Shown: piece by piece, positions 33,490 through 45,798 of the stretch
How the letters are laid out: each line of letters starts with the position of its first letter
How positions within the stretch are numbered: position 1 is the first letter of the stretch
Assembly: GCF_016903815.1 (NCBI RefSeq)
Contig: NZ_CP069973.1
Length of the DNA: 64,000 bases
Source: Escherichia coli
GTDB lineage: Bacteria; Pseudomonadota; Gammaproteobacteria; Enterobacterales; Enterobacteriaceae
Reading direction: 5' to 3' (one strand)
Notes under the pieces: model-generated
The model's database searches: none
What the model saw: the letters and a program-made list of their open reading frames with translations, nothing else
Told to the model about the DNA's origin: nothing
Translations under genes and position numbers: made by a program

Positions 33490-34503
33490 ATGACGCAGGA
33501 AAACGAGATCAAACGTCCCACCCAGGATCTGGAGCACGAGCCGATTAAGCAGTTGGATAATAGCGAGAAAGGCGGCAAAGTTAGCCAGGCGCTGGAAACC
33601 GTCACCACCACTGCCGAAAAAGTCCAACGCCAACCGGTTATTGCGCACCTGATTCGCGCAACAGAGCGCTTTAACGATCGGCTGGGTAACCAGTTTGGTG
33701 CGGCTATCACCTATTTCTCATTTTTGTCGATGATCCCGATTTTGATGGTGTCGTTTGCCGCAGGGGGCTTTGTGCTGGCCTCCCATCCGATGTTGCTACA
33801 GGATATCTTCGACAAAATTCTGCAAAACATCAGCGATCCGACGCTAGCCGCCACGTTGAAAAACACCATCAACACCGCCGTTCAGCAGCGTACTACCGTA
33901 GGGCTTGTCGGCCTGGCGGTGGCGCTTTATTCCGGCATCAACTGGATGGGTAACCTGCGTGAAGCGATTCGCGCCCAGTCACGCGATGTCTGGGAACGCT
34001 CGCCGCAAGATCAGGAGAAGTTCTGGGTAAAATATCTGCGTGATTTTATTTCACTGATTGGTTTGTTGATTGCACTGATTGTGACGCTTTCGATCACCTC
34101 GGTTGCCGGTTCGGCGCAGCAAATGATTATTAGCGCCCTGCACCTGAACAGCATTGAGTGGCTGAAACCGACGTGGCGGTTGATTGGCCTGGCGATTTCC
34201 ATCTTCGCCAACTATCTGCTTTTCTTCTGGATCTTCTGGCGCTTGCCGCGCCACCGTCCGCGCAAAAAAGCCCTGATTCGCGGAACATTTCTGGCTGCGA
34301 TTGGTTTTGAAGTGATTAAAATCGTGATGACCTACACCCTGCCATCGCTGATGAAATCCCCCTCTGGCGCAGCATTTGGTTCCGTGCTGGGACTGATGGC
34401 ATTTTTCTACTTCTTCGCCCGTTTGACGCTGTTTTGCGCGGCGTGGATTGCCACCGCCGAATATAAAGACGACCCGCGAATGCCGGGGAAAACGCAGCGG
34501 TAA
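33490..34503 (+). CDS. yhjD: Inner membrane protein YhjD (337 aa)
   Basis: 337-aa ORF with hydrophilic N-terminus and multiple TM helices; synteny. Confidence 0.9.
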   Translation: MTQENEIKRPTQDLEHEPIKQLDNSEKGGKVSQALETVTTTAEKVQRQPVIAHLIRATERFNDRLGNQFGAAITYFSFLSMIPILMVSFAAGGFVLASHPMLLQDIFDKILQNISDPTLAATLKNTINTAVQQRTTVGLVGLAVALYSGINWMGNLREAIRAQSRDVWERSPQDQEKFWVKYLRDFISLIGLLIALIVTLSITSVAGSAQQMIISALHLNSIEWLKPTWRLIGLAISIFANYLLFFWIFWRLPRHRPRKKALIRGTFLAAIGFEVIKIVMTYTLPSLMKSPSGAAFGSVLGLMAFFYFFARLTLFCAAWIATAEYKDDPRMPGKTQR

Positions 34504-34550
34504 TTCATTGGTTTATAATGCCTGATAAACGCACGGTCGATCCCCTCGCC

Positions 34551-34588
34551 CCTTCGGGGAGAGGGTTAGGGTGAGGGGGTACAAGCCA
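34551..34588. repeat. GC-rich short interspersed repeat, copy 1 (upstream of yhjE)
   Basis: cccctcgccccttcggggagagggttagggtgaggggg; a near-identical copy occurs at 36308-36344. Confidence 0.6.
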
Positions 34589-34894
34589 GCCAGAGACCAG
34601 GCAATGACATGCACATAACCACCTGAAACTACATCTCTTCAGGAGCAAACAATTTCATTCCAACTCACAACCCCAGCATATAAATCCAGTTGGTAACTTT
34701 TATTTAACCTGAAACCAGTTTTATCCACTATTTATAAAATTATGTGAAGCATTTCATAGAAGAAAAATCACTGGCTTAAACATTATCCCCTTTTTGCCTG
34801 GCTTTTGACCATTTCCGCGATTTGTTACACATTGAAATATCACTTTTGCTGTGCGTAATATGGCTATTCGTTAGCCAAAAAATAAGAAAAGATT

Positions 34895-36217
34895 ATGCAA
34901 GCAACAGCCACAACACTCGACCACGAGCAAGAATACACGCCGATCAACTCGCGTAATAAAGTCCTTGTCGCCTCTCTCATTGGCACGGCCATTGAGTTTT
35001 TCGACTTTTACATTTACGCCACTGCGGCCGTTATTGTGTTTCCGCATATCTTCTTCCCGCAGGGCGATCCTACGGCAGCAACGCTCCAGTCGCTCGCCAC
35101 CTTCGCCATCGCCTTCGTCGCGCGCCCTATTGGCTCTGCCGTCTTTGGTCATTTTGGCGATCGCGTTGGGCGTAAAGCGACGCTGGTCGCCTCGTTGCTA
35201 ACGATGGGGATTTCGACCGTGGTGATTGGTCTGCTGCCGGGCTATGCCACGATTGGTATTTTCGCCCCGCTGCTGCTGGCGCTGGCTCGATTTGGTCAGG
35301 GTCTGGGCTTAGGCGGTGAATGGGGCGGCGCGGCGCTGCTGGCGACTGAAAACGCCCCACCGCGCAAACGTGCACTGTATGGCTCCTTCCCACAGCTGGG
35401 CGCACCGATTGGCTTCTTCTTTGCCAACGGCACTTTCTTGCTGCTTTCCTGGCTACTGACCGACGAGCAGTTTATGAGCTGGGGCTGGCGGGTGCCATTT
35501 ATCTTCTCGGCGGTACTGGTCATTATCGGCCTGTATGTTCGCGTGTCGCTGCATGAGTCGCCGGTGTTTGAGAAAGTCGCTAAAGCGAAAAAACAGGTGA
35601 AGATCCCGCTGGGTACGCTGCTGACCAAACATGTTCGCGTAACCGTACTGGGTACGTTCATTATGCTGGCAACCTATACGCTGTTTTACATCATGACGGT
35701 CTACTCTATGACCTTCAGTACCGCCGCCGCGCCAGTTGGGCTTGGCCTGCCGCGTAACGAAGTGTTGTGGATGCTGATGATGGCAGTTATTGGTTTTGGC
35801 GTGATGGTACCTGTCGCCGGATTACTGGCTGATGCCTTTGGTCGCCGTAAAAGCATGGTAATCATCACCACGCTGATCATCCTGTTCGCGCTGTTCGCCT
35901 TTAACCCGCTACTCGGTTCTGGCAACCCGATTCTGGTTTTTGCCTTCCTGCTGCTGGGGTTAAGTCTGATGGGACTGACCTTCGGGCCGATGGGCGCGCT
36001 GTTACCAGAGCTGTTCCCGACAGAAGTGCGTTACACCGGAGCATCGTTCTCTTACAACGTAGCGTCGATTCTCGGGGCTTCCGTTGCGCCGTATATCGCA
36101 GCCTGGTTGCAGACTAACTACGGGTTAGGTGCGGTGGGGTTATATCTGGCGGCGATGGCTGGCTTGACGTTAATCGCCCTGCTGCTGACCCATGAGACAC
36201 GACATCAGTCGTTGTAA
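34895..36217 (+). CDS. yhjE: MFS transporter YhjE (440 aa)
   Basis: 12-TM MFS-type protein (metabolite:H+ symporter-like), 440 aa. Confidence 0.9.
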   Translation: MQATATTLDHEQEYTPINSRNKVLVASLIGTAIEFFDFYIYATAAVIVFPHIFFPQGDPTAATLQSLATFAIAFVARPIGSAVFGHFGDRVGRKATLVASLLTMGISTVVIGLLPGYATIGIFAPLLLALARFGQGLGLGGEWGGAALLATENAPPRKRALYGSFPQLGAPIGFFFANGTFLLLSWLLTDEQFMSWGWRVPFIFSAVLVIIGLYVRVSLHESPVFEKVAKAKKQVKIPLGTLLTKHVRVTVLGTFIMLATYTLFYIMTVYSMTFSTAAAPVGLGLPRNEVLWMLMMAVIGFGVMVPVAGLLADAFGRRKSMVIITTLIILFALFAFNPLLGSGNPILVFAFLLLGLSLMGLTFGPMGALLPELFPTEVRYTGASFSYNVASILGASVAPYIAAWLQTNYGLGAVGLYLAAMAGLTLIALLLTHETRHQSL

Positions 36218-36307
36218 GTATCGTGCGGGCTGCCACCCTCACCCCGGCCCTCCCCCCAGAAAGTGAACGGAAAAGCGGTACTCGTTGTTTCAACACGCAC
36301 AAAACAG

Positions 36308-36344
36308 TCCCCTCGCCCCTTTGGGGAGAGGGTTAGGGTGAGGG
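36308..36344. repeat. GC-rich short interspersed repeat, copy 2 (downstream of yhjE)
   Basis: cccctcgcccctttggggagagggttagggtgagggg, same orientation as copy 1; a partial inverted copy (ccctcaccccggccctcccccc) lies about 50 bp upstream at roughly 36235-36260. Confidence 0.6.
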
Positions 36345-36389
36345 GAACACGCTGCTCCCGAACTCACCAGCAAACACAATCCAACCTCA

Positions 36390-38450
36390 TCACTTCTTCA
36401 TCTGCGACAAAATCGTCCGGCACTGATTAGCCTCCCCTTCGGAAGGTGAGATCAGCGCCAGTAACGCCGCCGCTGGCGTAACCAGCGTTGCCAGTGCCGC
36501 CGCAACGGCTCCTCGGGCAATCAACGGCCCGGCTTTCACCCCAGCCTGCGGATTTTTAAATGTCCCACGCACATACAGCGGCGAACGCAGCGTGATAATC
36601 CGAATTCCTTTACTCTCCGGATCAATAGTCAAATCCAGCTGTTCCGAAGCAAAACTTGCCGTGCCGGTAACGTTAATCAACGCGTTCTCAGTATCGAAAG
36701 CAAAAATCTGCGGGCGCGCCACGCCGTTGGCAATATCCAGATTCGCCGCCGCACAGTTCACCCGCACCTCATCGTCACCAAATATCGCACCGACAATGTA
36801 GTTACCGACATTCAGCCCGACAATCTCCATCAGGTTGCGGCTCACCAGCCCGTCATTCATCAACAGTTTCAGGTTGCCGTTACTGTTGCCTAAAAGCGCC
36901 GCCACCGAGTTACCGCTACCGCGTAGTTCCGCGTCACCGTTCATTTCCCCCAGCGTCTTCTGCATCAGTTCCACATCGGGCATCAGTTCTTTCAGTTTCA
37001 GCCGACGAGCCTGAATATCTGCCCGCCCTTGCATCGGTTTTTTATCACCTTCCAGATGAATATTCGCCGCAATGCTGCCGCCTGCCATGCCAAATTTCAG
37101 CGGTTGCAGGCGCAGGTCAGCATTTTTGAGGATGATATGAGTAGAAAGATCGCTAATCGGCAGGCTACTGCCATGCTCAATGCGCCGCCCTTTGAAGCGA
37201 ACATCGGCATCCATGACGTCCCATTTATCGGTTTCGAAGCGGTCATAAGGCAGCACTTTACCCGCAGGCTGAACGCTTTTTTCGCCCTTCTTCTGTTCAG
37301 ACCGTTTCGACTTTTCAGCTCCTTTCCCGGAATCAACGCCAATCAACGGTCCCAAGTCCGCCAGCCGCAATTGCCGCGACTCGACATCACCTTCCAGTTT
37401 TGGCCGTGGCTTGCCGGTGGTATAGACCAGAGAACCGTGGATATCGCTATCGCCAATGCGCCCATTAAAGCCGCGATAATCAAAGACCGACGATTTTTCA
37501 GTGTCGATTTTCGCTACCAGCCGACCATCCGTTTCAAACGGCGGGGTATCGGGCAGCAGAACGCCCGTCAGTTCATAGAGATCACCCAGCGAATCGCCAG
37601 AAAATTTAAGCCGTAAATCGACACCACCCATCTTCATTGGGTCATTCACAACGCCATCAAAAGCAACACGGGTGTTACCAGAGCGGAAATCAGCCTGTAC
37701 CGGAAACGGCGTCCCTTCGCCACGCAGCGCCAGCATACCGCCTATTTTTCCCGTACCAGTGAGCGGTTCACCGTTATAACGTCCCTGCGCCTTCAGGCCA
37801 AAAACGTAATCGCCCACCTTTTCTTTATCCGCTTTACCTTTCGATCCAGTAACTTCGCTGAACGGCAGCGGCTTGCCTAACGGATCGACAAAAATTTCCA
37901 GATCCGCTTTGCTTACTTTGTCATCAATGGCGATCCGCCCTTGATCGAAAAGAATATTATCCAGCCGAAACGACCATGCCGACGGCTTTGCATTCGCGTC
38001 TTTGTTGTCATCGCTGGCGAGATTAAATGTCCAGTTGTTGTTCTTTTCTGAGAGGCGAATCAGGCGTGCGTCGGGCTTTTCCAGTTTGATCCACGGTAGC
38101 CAGACCGTTTTGGTCAGCAGCGCCAACGGTGCCAGCGTTGCCTCTACGCGTGGCAAATGCACCATTGTGACTTCGGGAATATCCGGTGGATTGCCGAGAA
38201 TGATGTCTTCTGCATGCACATGAGGCCACGGCACCCAGCTGCGCCAGCCAGTTTCTTGCTTTTGCCGCTCCCACACCACGCCCAGATCGCCACGGATAGC
38301 GAACGGACGATTCAACTCCGCAGAGACTTTCTGGTTGATGGTCGGTTTGAGTCGATTCCAGTCAAAAGTTGCAATCAAAATGATCGCCACGACAATCAAC
38401 AACAAGAAAGCCCCTGAAATCGCAGCGGTTATTTTGCCTGCCTTGCTCAT
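36390..38450 (-). CDS. yhjG: AsmA-family protein YhjG (about 686 aa)
   Basis: N-terminal membrane anchor followed by a large periplasmic AsmA-like domain. The ORF-track start at 38465 is 5 codons further upstream. Confidence 0.85.
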   Translation of the reverse strand: MSKAGKITAAISGAFLLLIVVAIILIATFDWNRLKPTINQKVSAELNRPFAIRGDLGVVWERQKQETGWRSWVPWPHVHAEDIILGNPPDIPEVTMVHLPRVEATLAPLALLTKTVWLPWIKLEKPDARLIRLSEKNNNWTFNLASDDNKDANAKPSAWSFRLDNILFDQGRIAIDDKVSKADLEIFVDPLGKPLPFSEVTGSKGKADKEKVGDYVFGLKAQGRYNGEPLTGTGKIGGMLALRGEGTPFPVQADFRSGNTRVAFDGVVNDPMKMGGVDLRLKFSGDSLGDLYELTGVLLPDTPPFETDGRLVAKIDTEKSSVFDYRGFNGRIGDSDIHGSLVYTTGKPRPKLEGDVESRQLRLADLGPLIGVDSGKGAEKSKRSEQKKGEKSVQPAGKVLPYDRFETDKWDVMDADVRFKGRRIEHGSSLPISDLSTHIILKNADLRLQPLKFGMAGGSIAANIHLEGDKKPMQGRADIQARRLKLKELMPDVELMQKTLGEMNGDAELRGSGNSVAALLGNSNGNLKLLMNDGLVSRNLMEIVGLNVGNYIVGAIFGDDEVRVNCAAANLDIANGVARPQIFAFDTENALINVTGTASFASEQLDLTIDPESKGIRIITLRSPLYVRGTFKNPQAGVKAGPLIARGAVAAALATLVTPAAALLALISPSEGEANQCRTILSQMKK

Positions 38451-38519
38451 CGTTCGCTTCCTCATATTCTTCCTGTGCCAGTCCTAAAGATAGTCCAGCC
38501 AGGCGGAAAATGAGGCAGC

Positions 38520-39287
38520 TTATAGCGCCAAAACCGCCGTATTCAGCGTTTCTATCGGTGCCGGGCGTGAAAGAAACCAGCCTTGTGCGGCGAATGCGGG
38601 CGAGCTCTGAACATCACGCCACTCTTCCGGCGTTTCTACGCCCTCGACGATCACCCCGCGACAATAGCGATTCATGAGATGTAAAAGCTGAGAAAAGAGT
38701 GTGCGTCCTTCCGGCGACTGACGCAGCATCACAAACAGCTCTCGCGCGATTTTGATGTAGTCATAACGCACTTCACTTAGCGCAGAGAAATTTGCCATCC
38801 CGGTGCCAAAATCATCCAGCCACAGCGGGCCAAATTCACACATCGAGGCAAAGGTTGAATCTTTCGGCAGACGGATGTGTTCCACCAGTTCGAAACGCAG
38901 CCAGGGAAGACGCTCAATCTGGCGCAGGATTTTTGGTTGCTGACGCAGGGCGATGAGCGTAGGGCCATCAATATTGACCGATGCCAGCAGGTCATGCTCT
39001 ATAAAGAAGTCGGCTTTTTGCGCCAGTAAATCAATCTGCTCTTTCACAACCTCCATCCGATGGCTGACGGTGATTTCAGTAAAATAGCGATCCGGCGGCA
39101 GGCGTTGCGAAGGGTTCAAGGGATGCGTGACCACCGTTAATAGCTCCACGGCCATTAACCGCCCGCATGTTTGATAGATCGGCTGCCAGGTGTAAGCACG
39201 CTCACACTGCAACCAAAAACGCCGTTCCTGCAAGCTCTCGATGCTTGCTTCAGGGTTGCTTATTCGCTGGATAACCTGCCTTATCAT
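38520..39287 (-). CDS. pdeH: c-di-GMP phosphodiesterase PdeH/YhjH, EAL domain (255 aa)
   Basis: MIRQVIQRISNPEA...; EAL-domain protein (ELLTVV variant of the EAL motif). The ORF-track start at 39332 is an upstream extension. Confidence 0.9.
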   Translation of the reverse strand: MIRQVIQRISNPEASIESLQERRFWLQCERAYTWQPIYQTCGRLMAVELLTVVTHPLNPSQRLPPDRYFTEITVSHRMEVVKEQIDLLAQKADFFIEHDLLASVNIDGPTLIALRQQPKILRQIERLPWLRFELVEHIRLPKDSTFASMCEFGPLWLDDFGTGMANFSALSEVRYDYIKIARELFVMLRQSPEGRTLFSQLLHLMNRYCRGVIVEGVETPEEWRDVQSSPAFAAQGWFLSRPAPIETLNTAVLAL

Positions 39288-39430
39288 CAAAGATGTCCTG
39301 TGTTTAAAAGTGATGCTGCCCGGACTCGACAAAGATTATCGGCGCGCAAGGGCATAACTTTACCGCCTGGCCGGGTTAAATTTTCCCACTCCACAACGGA
39401 ATCTTTCAGGAATACGTTCTGGCTCAAAAA

Positions 39431-39453
39431 AATAATGGAACACTGTTTTAATA
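39431..39453. promoter_or_regulatory. Candidate KdgR operator upstream of kdgK
   Basis: aataatggaacactgttttaata resembles the palindromic KdgR consensus AAATGAAACAnTGTTTCATTT; about 65 bp upstream of the kdgK ATG. Confidence 0.45.
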
Positions 39454-39518
39454 TGGTTGACCAGCAAACCACCACAGCGCAAACTAACGCTAATTTTTTA
39501 CAGATCAGGTTCACGACT

Positions 39519-40448
39519 ATGTCCAAAAAGATTGCCGTGATTGGCGAATGCATGATTGAGCTTTCCGAGAAAGGCGCGGACGTTAAGCGCGGTTTCGGCG
39601 GCGATACCCTGAACACTTCCGTCTATATCGCCCGTCAGGTCGATCCTGCGGCATTAACCGTTCATTACGTAACGGCGCTGGGAACGGACAGTTTTAGCCA
39701 GCAAATGCTGGACGCCTGGCACGGCGAGAACGTTGATACTTCCCTGACCCAACGGATGGAAAACCGTCTGCCGGGCCTTTACTACATTGAAACCGACAGC
39801 ACCGGCGAACGTACGTTCTACTACTGGCGTAACGAAGCCGCCGCCAAATTCTGGCTGGAGAGCGAGCAGTCTGCGGCGATTTGCGAAGAGCTGGCGAATT
39901 TCGATTATCTCTACCTGAGCGGGATTAGCCTGGCGATCTTAAGCCCGACCAGCCGCGAGAAACTGCTTTCTTTGTTGCGCGAATGCCGCGCCAACGGCGG
40001 AAAAGTAATTTTCGACAATAACTATCGTCCGCGCCTGTGGGCCAGCAAAGAAGAGACACAGCAGGTGTACCAGCAAATGCTGGAATGCACGGATATCGCC
40101 TTCCTGACGCTGGACGACGAAGACGCGCTGTGGGGTCAACAGCCGGTGGAAGACGTCATTGCGCGCACCCATAACGCGGGCGTGAAAGAAGTGGTGGTGA
40201 AACGCGGGGCGGATTCTTGCCTGGTGTCCATTGCTGGCGAAGGGTTAGTGGATGTTCCGGCGGTGAAACTGCCGAAAGAAAAAGTGATCGATACCACCGC
40301 AGCTGGCGACTCTTTCAGTGCCGGTTATCTGGCGGTACGTTTGACGGGCGGCAGTGCGGAAAACGCGGCGAAACGCGGGCACCTGACCGCAAGTACCGTT
40401 ATTCAGTATCGCGGCGCGATTATCCCGCGTGAGGCGATGCCGGCGTAA
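39519..40448 (+). CDS. kdgK: 2-dehydro-3-deoxygluconokinase KdgK (309 aa)
   Basis: MSKKIAVIGECMIELSEKG..., PfkB sugar-kinase family. The ORF-track start at 39171 is a TTG-initiated extension overlapping pdeH. Confidence 0.9.
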   Translation: MSKKIAVIGECMIELSEKGADVKRGFGGDTLNTSVYIARQVDPAALTVHYVTALGTDSFSQQMLDAWHGENVDTSLTQRMENRLPGLYYIETDSTGERTFYYWRNEAAAKFWLESEQSAAICEELANFDYLYLSGISLAILSPTSREKLLSLLRECRANGGKVIFDNNYRPRLWASKEETQQVYQQMLECTDIAFLTLDDEDALWGQQPVEDVIARTHNAGVKEVVVKRGADSCLVSIAGEGLVDVPAVKLPKEKVIDTTAAGDSFSAGYLAVRLTGGSAENAAKRGHLTASTVIQYRGAIIPREAMPA

Positions 40449-40543
40449 AAGCAGCATATGCAAAAGGCTGGATAAAGTGTTACCCCTCTATCCAGCTCAT
40501 CCATAAATACCTGATGGTTGTGCTAACTCATCACCATCAGGCA

Positions 40544-42040
40544 TTACTGTGCAGGTGGAATATCCGTCACTTCAGGATGAACGTCATCCGTGGCGACAGA
40601 GGTGGTCGCAGCGGCAGTAGATGGGGTCATGATTTGATCCCAGGCCGCCTGCAACGCTTTCATGTTAAATTCCAGCTCGCCTTTCGGCTGCAGCAGTATT
40701 AACGCCATATCGTTCGACAACTGCTGACGCAGATCCTGATTTAACATCTCCACCGTCAGGCTGTTAAGGAAGTCCTGGCGCAGTTTCTGATATTGCTCCG
40801 GCGCGATATCGACAACCTGATTTTGCAACGAACGCATCCGCTGCCCCATCAGAATATCGGTATCAGCTCGCGCATAGGCGGCAAACAGTTTCTGCAGCTC
40901 CAGTTTCTTTTGCGCCACTAACGCATTGAACTCCTCTTCCGGCAGACCTTTATCGCGAACCTTCGCCAGCTCACGCGCCACCAGATTAAGGTTGCTGTTC
41001 AGCTTGTCGTTTGGTGATTCGATGTTGATGGCACACTGCGCACGCAGATACAGCACACGGCAGTCAAATCCAAGACCGATGTCTTTGCTGTTATTGGCGC
41101 TTAACGCTTGCTGAACATGCCAGAACAGCGCCTCACGGGCCAGGTCCGCACGCCAGTAGCGCAGCAGTGCGGCTGATTCACGAATCGGCTGCCACGGCGT
41201 ATCCCACATGATGGATAACCGGTCCTGACGCACCGCGTCAGTCATAATACTCACCGCTTCCGCACGCAGCGGAGAAAGCGTCGGCACCGGAGCCGGTGTT
41301 TCACGTTTGCCTTTCAGTTCGCCAAACGTTTTATTGATTTGGTCGACGACCGAGCGCGCATCCACGTTTCCCACCACCAGCAGCGTCATTGCATCCGGGG
41401 TGTACCATTTCTGATAGAAATCTTTAATCTTTTCCGCTTCAACGGGTTGTTTCAGCGGATCGGCAGGATCGTGACCTAACAAGGTTGATCCTTTCAGACG
41501 ATAGCGCCACCAGCCCTCTTTAGTATCGGCAGGCCAGGTTGCCACCATGTCCTGACTTTGCAGCGCGTGGTTGATGGTTTCTGGCGTGATAGTCAGTTTG
41601 CCAGTGGCATTTGCCAGATAAGAGAGCGCTTCTTTCAGCAAGTCGTTACGGTTATTGGGCAAACTCAGATTAAACAGCGTGGTGTCATAAGAGACAATTA
41701 CCGGCGGCATCGGGCGTTTAGGGTCGATCCCCTGCTGCCACAATGAACGCGCCTGTGCTGCTTCAAGGCCACCGCTTTGCGTTAACGCAATACGAGGGAT
41801 GGCGTGGCTGTAACCGCTCTGTTGTGTACTTTCGGCGAGCGAACCGGTATTAACCAGCAGGCGAATTTCAACACGATCGCTGGGACGCTGGGGCGTGGTC
41901 AGCACTTGCCACTGTAAACCGTTGGAAAGCGTCCCCTGTTGCCATGCTGGATCAGGCTGGAGCGCATCTGCCTGCACATAGCCAGCAGTGGCCATCATCA
42001 GCAAACCGCCCGCTAAAAGTCGAATTTTTGTGCCCTGCAT
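40544..42040 (-). CDS. yhjJ: Putative periplasmic M16-family zinc peptidase YhjJ (498 aa)
   Basis: Signal peptide (MQGTKIRLLAGGLLMMATAGYVQA) and 498-aa length; synteny. Confidence 0.85.
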   Translation of the reverse strand: MQGTKIRLLAGGLLMMATAGYVQADALQPDPAWQQGTLSNGLQWQVLTTPQRPSDRVEIRLLVNTGSLAESTQQSGYSHAIPRIALTQSGGLEAAQARSLWQQGIDPKRPMPPVIVSYDTTLFNLSLPNNRNDLLKEALSYLANATGKLTITPETINHALQSQDMVATWPADTKEGWWRYRLKGSTLLGHDPADPLKQPVEAEKIKDFYQKWYTPDAMTLLVVGNVDARSVVDQINKTFGELKGKRETPAPVPTLSPLRAEAVSIMTDAVRQDRLSIMWDTPWQPIRESAALLRYWRADLAREALFWHVQQALSANNSKDIGLGFDCRVLYLRAQCAINIESPNDKLNSNLNLVARELAKVRDKGLPEEEFNALVAQKKLELQKLFAAYARADTDILMGQRMRSLQNQVVDIAPEQYQKLRQDFLNSLTVEMLNQDLRQQLSNDMALILLQPKGELEFNMKALQAAWDQIMTPSTAAATTSVATDDVHPEVTDIPPAQ

Positions 42041-42259
42041 GTGAACCCCTGATCAACTATCCTGGTAATAAAAAACTGCCCGTTGTCGGTCAGTCTAAAT
42101 GACGTTAAAAACACTTCGTGTTAGACCGCAAGAACATGAAAATGTCACGGAAGAAGTGAAATAAACCTGAACTCACCCAGGTGGTAAGTTCAGGCACAGG
42201 GGTCAATTATGCGCAAACACCCGCACTCGGGGAAGGGAGTGCGGGCATAAGTGGTGAGA

Positions 42260-43582
<1,323 letters not shown>

Positions 43583-43728
43583 TTATGGGGTACCTGCGGC
43601 CTTAAAATAACACCCAGACAACATCACAGAAATGTACCTGGATCATAATTGAAACAAAAAGGTTAAAAAGTTTGAGCTGGCTCGCACAAACCAGCACTTT
43701 TTAAAGTTTTGTAATCAGTTTGGGGTAG

Positions 43729-45717
43729 CTACTTTTCTTCCAGGTAACTCTCTTCGAAGATTTCAATAGGGAGTGGGCGAGCAAAAAGGAAGCCCTGGGC
43801 AATACCAACGCCCGCTTTTGCCAGCCAGTCGCGTTGTGCTTCAGTCTCCACGCCTTCGGCAATCATTTGTAAGTTCAGGCTTTGCGCCAACATGATAATT
43901 GCAGCAATCATGCTGCTATCTTCCGGCAAGCCTTCAACAAACATTTTGTCGATTTTCAGTACGTCGATTGGCAACGATTTCATATGCTGCAGCTGACGCA
44001 GCCCCGCATAGCCCATGCCGAAATCATCCAGCGCCACCCGAACTCCGGCATTGCGCAGCGGACGGAGGATTGCCACCGCAGCATGAGGGTCGTCAATACG
44101 TCGGCTTTCTGTCACTTCCAGAATCAGTGTTCCCGGCTGAATGCGATAGCGGGTTAACAGTTCCAGCATATCCGCCACCATATTCGGGTGCATCAGTTGC
44201 AGCGCTGAGAGGTTTACCGACAAGGGCAGCATAATGCCGCGCTCTTGCCAGGCAGCAAGCAGTCGACAGGACTCTTCCAGCACCCAGTGACCAACGGTAA
44301 CCATCAGCCCACAGCATTCAATGCGATCGATTAAGCCATCCGGCAGATCCCAACTGCCATCCGGTTGCTGGATACGCAGTAACACTTCCGCACTGACCAG
44401 TTTACCGCTGGTCATCTCGACCTGTGGCTGTAACCAAATCGCAAACTGATGATTTTCCAGTGCATTAAGGATATCGCTCTCTTCCGTCAACCGCTGTTGG
44501 GCGGCTTCCATCTGCTGCGGATCAAAGAACTGAATCTGATTCTTGCCTTTATGGCGAGCGGTAAATGCCGCAGAAATAGCACGACTGTAAAGCTGTTCGG
44601 CGGTGAGATCGCCGTAGAACATCGCCACGCCAATGCTACAGTGCGGACGGAGTTGAATACGTTCAATCGGCAGGCGCTCGCTCATGATAGTGAGCACTTG
44701 CTGACCTAAAGTGATTGCGTGCCACGGTTCCTGTACACCATTGGCAATGACAGCAAAGTCATAACCACTAATCTGCGCGAGGATCATACGTGGCGACAGT
44801 ACCGATTTGAGTTTTTCCACCAGCGTCAGCAGCAGAATTTCTCGTTGCGCCTCTTTCAGCACGCCCGCAGTATCACGCAGGGTTTCACAGGTGATGATCA
44901 TCAGCGCGGTGGTTTGTTTACGCGCGACAACCTGCTCCAGCATCTCCATCAGCAAGGCTTTGTTCGGCAAATCCGACACCGGGAAGCGCATCGCGTTTTC
45001 GTTCTGTTCTTCATAATGGCGCTGCAGCAATTGCTGGTTGAGGTTGTAACTGCGCACCAGCATACCGATTTCATCGTCCTGATGCAGACGTGGTAATGCC
45101 AGTTGGTGACCAACAAGCTCCTGGGCAGGGATGGCGTTAAGTTCGCGAGCAATATTGCGTAACGGATGCAAAATCAGGCGGTTAATGCACCAGCTAATCG
45201 CCACCGTCAATATTAACGACAAAAGTAAGTAAATGGTCACTAACGTTGAGAGGGTGCTCATCACGAACTTATACATGCGGAAGGAATCCGCCTGTAGCAC
45301 CAGATAGGCAATTGGCTGCGGATTTGCCGGACGTTCGAGCGAGTAGACACCCAGCGAGATTTGAACCGGTAGCTCAAACAGGCGAGTAACCATTACCGGC
45401 ACTGGCCGCTCTGGAATAAAACTTTTACGCAGCGCCTGGAACTGGTTAGGCAGCACTACATCGGCACGGCTGACCACGCCTGCCGGTTTAATGCTGGCAA
45501 GAATAGCTTCCGCTTCGGGAATATCGCCTTTCAAAATAGCTGAAGATAAGGGTTCGCGGACAGAGCGAGCAATGCTTTCCAGTTGCGTAGCCGTGTTATA
45601 GCGATTCTGCTGGACCAGATGGAACAGCAAAACGGTGCAAAAAATAAAAACGAACACCAGGACAACGGCTGCCACCATTGCCATCTGCTTGATTGTTAAC
45701 GAGCGACTTACGCGCAA
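43729..45717 (-). CDS. pdeK: c-di-GMP phosphodiesterase PdeK/YhjK (membrane, HAMP, degenerate GGDEF, EAL)
   Basis: N-terminal TM and sensor region with C-terminal EAL domain (motifs [16 protein letters not shown]). An alternative ATG 13 codons downstream is possible. Confidence 0.85.
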   Translation of the reverse strand: MRVSRSLTIKQMAMVAAVVLVFVFIFCTVLLFHLVQQNRYNTATQLESIARSVREPLSSAILKGDIPEAEAILASIKPAGVVSRADVVLPNQFQALRKSFIPERPVPVMVTRLFELPVQISLGVYSLERPANPQPIAYLVLQADSFRMYKFVMSTLSTLVTIYLLLSLILTVAISWCINRLILHPLRNIARELNAIPAQELVGHQLALPRLHQDDEIGMLVRSYNLNQQLLQRHYEEQNENAMRFPVSDLPNKALLMEMLEQVVARKQTTALMIITCETLRDTAGVLKEAQREILLLTLVEKLKSVLSPRMILAQISGYDFAVIANGVQEPWHAITLGQQVLTIMSERLPIERIQLRPHCSIGVAMFYGDLTAEQLYSRAISAAFTARHKGKNQIQFFDPQQMEAAQQRLTEESDILNALENHQFAIWLQPQVEMTSGKLVSAEVLLRIQQPDGSWDLPDGLIDRIECCGLMVTVGHWVLEESCRLLAAWQERGIMLPLSVNLSALQLMHPNMVADMLELLTRYRIQPGTLILEVTESRRIDDPHAAVAILRPLRNAGVRVALDDFGMGYAGLRQLQHMKSLPIDVLKIDKMFVEGLPEDSSMIAAIIMLAQSLNLQMIAEGVETEAQRDWLAKAGVGIAQGFLFARPLPIEIFEESYLEEK

Positions 45718-45798
45718 ATTGTCTCCCCCCGGAAATCCCAGATTGCCGCCCGAGTATACCCGATCGCAGCGGCATTAAGAGAGGCGCTATCTGAAAAC

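Noticed and set aside
39171-39518. N-terminal extension of kdgK in the ORF track (425 aa)
   Set aside because: It starts at a TTG inside the divergent pdeH coding region; the canonical 309-aa KdgK begins at the ATG at 39519.
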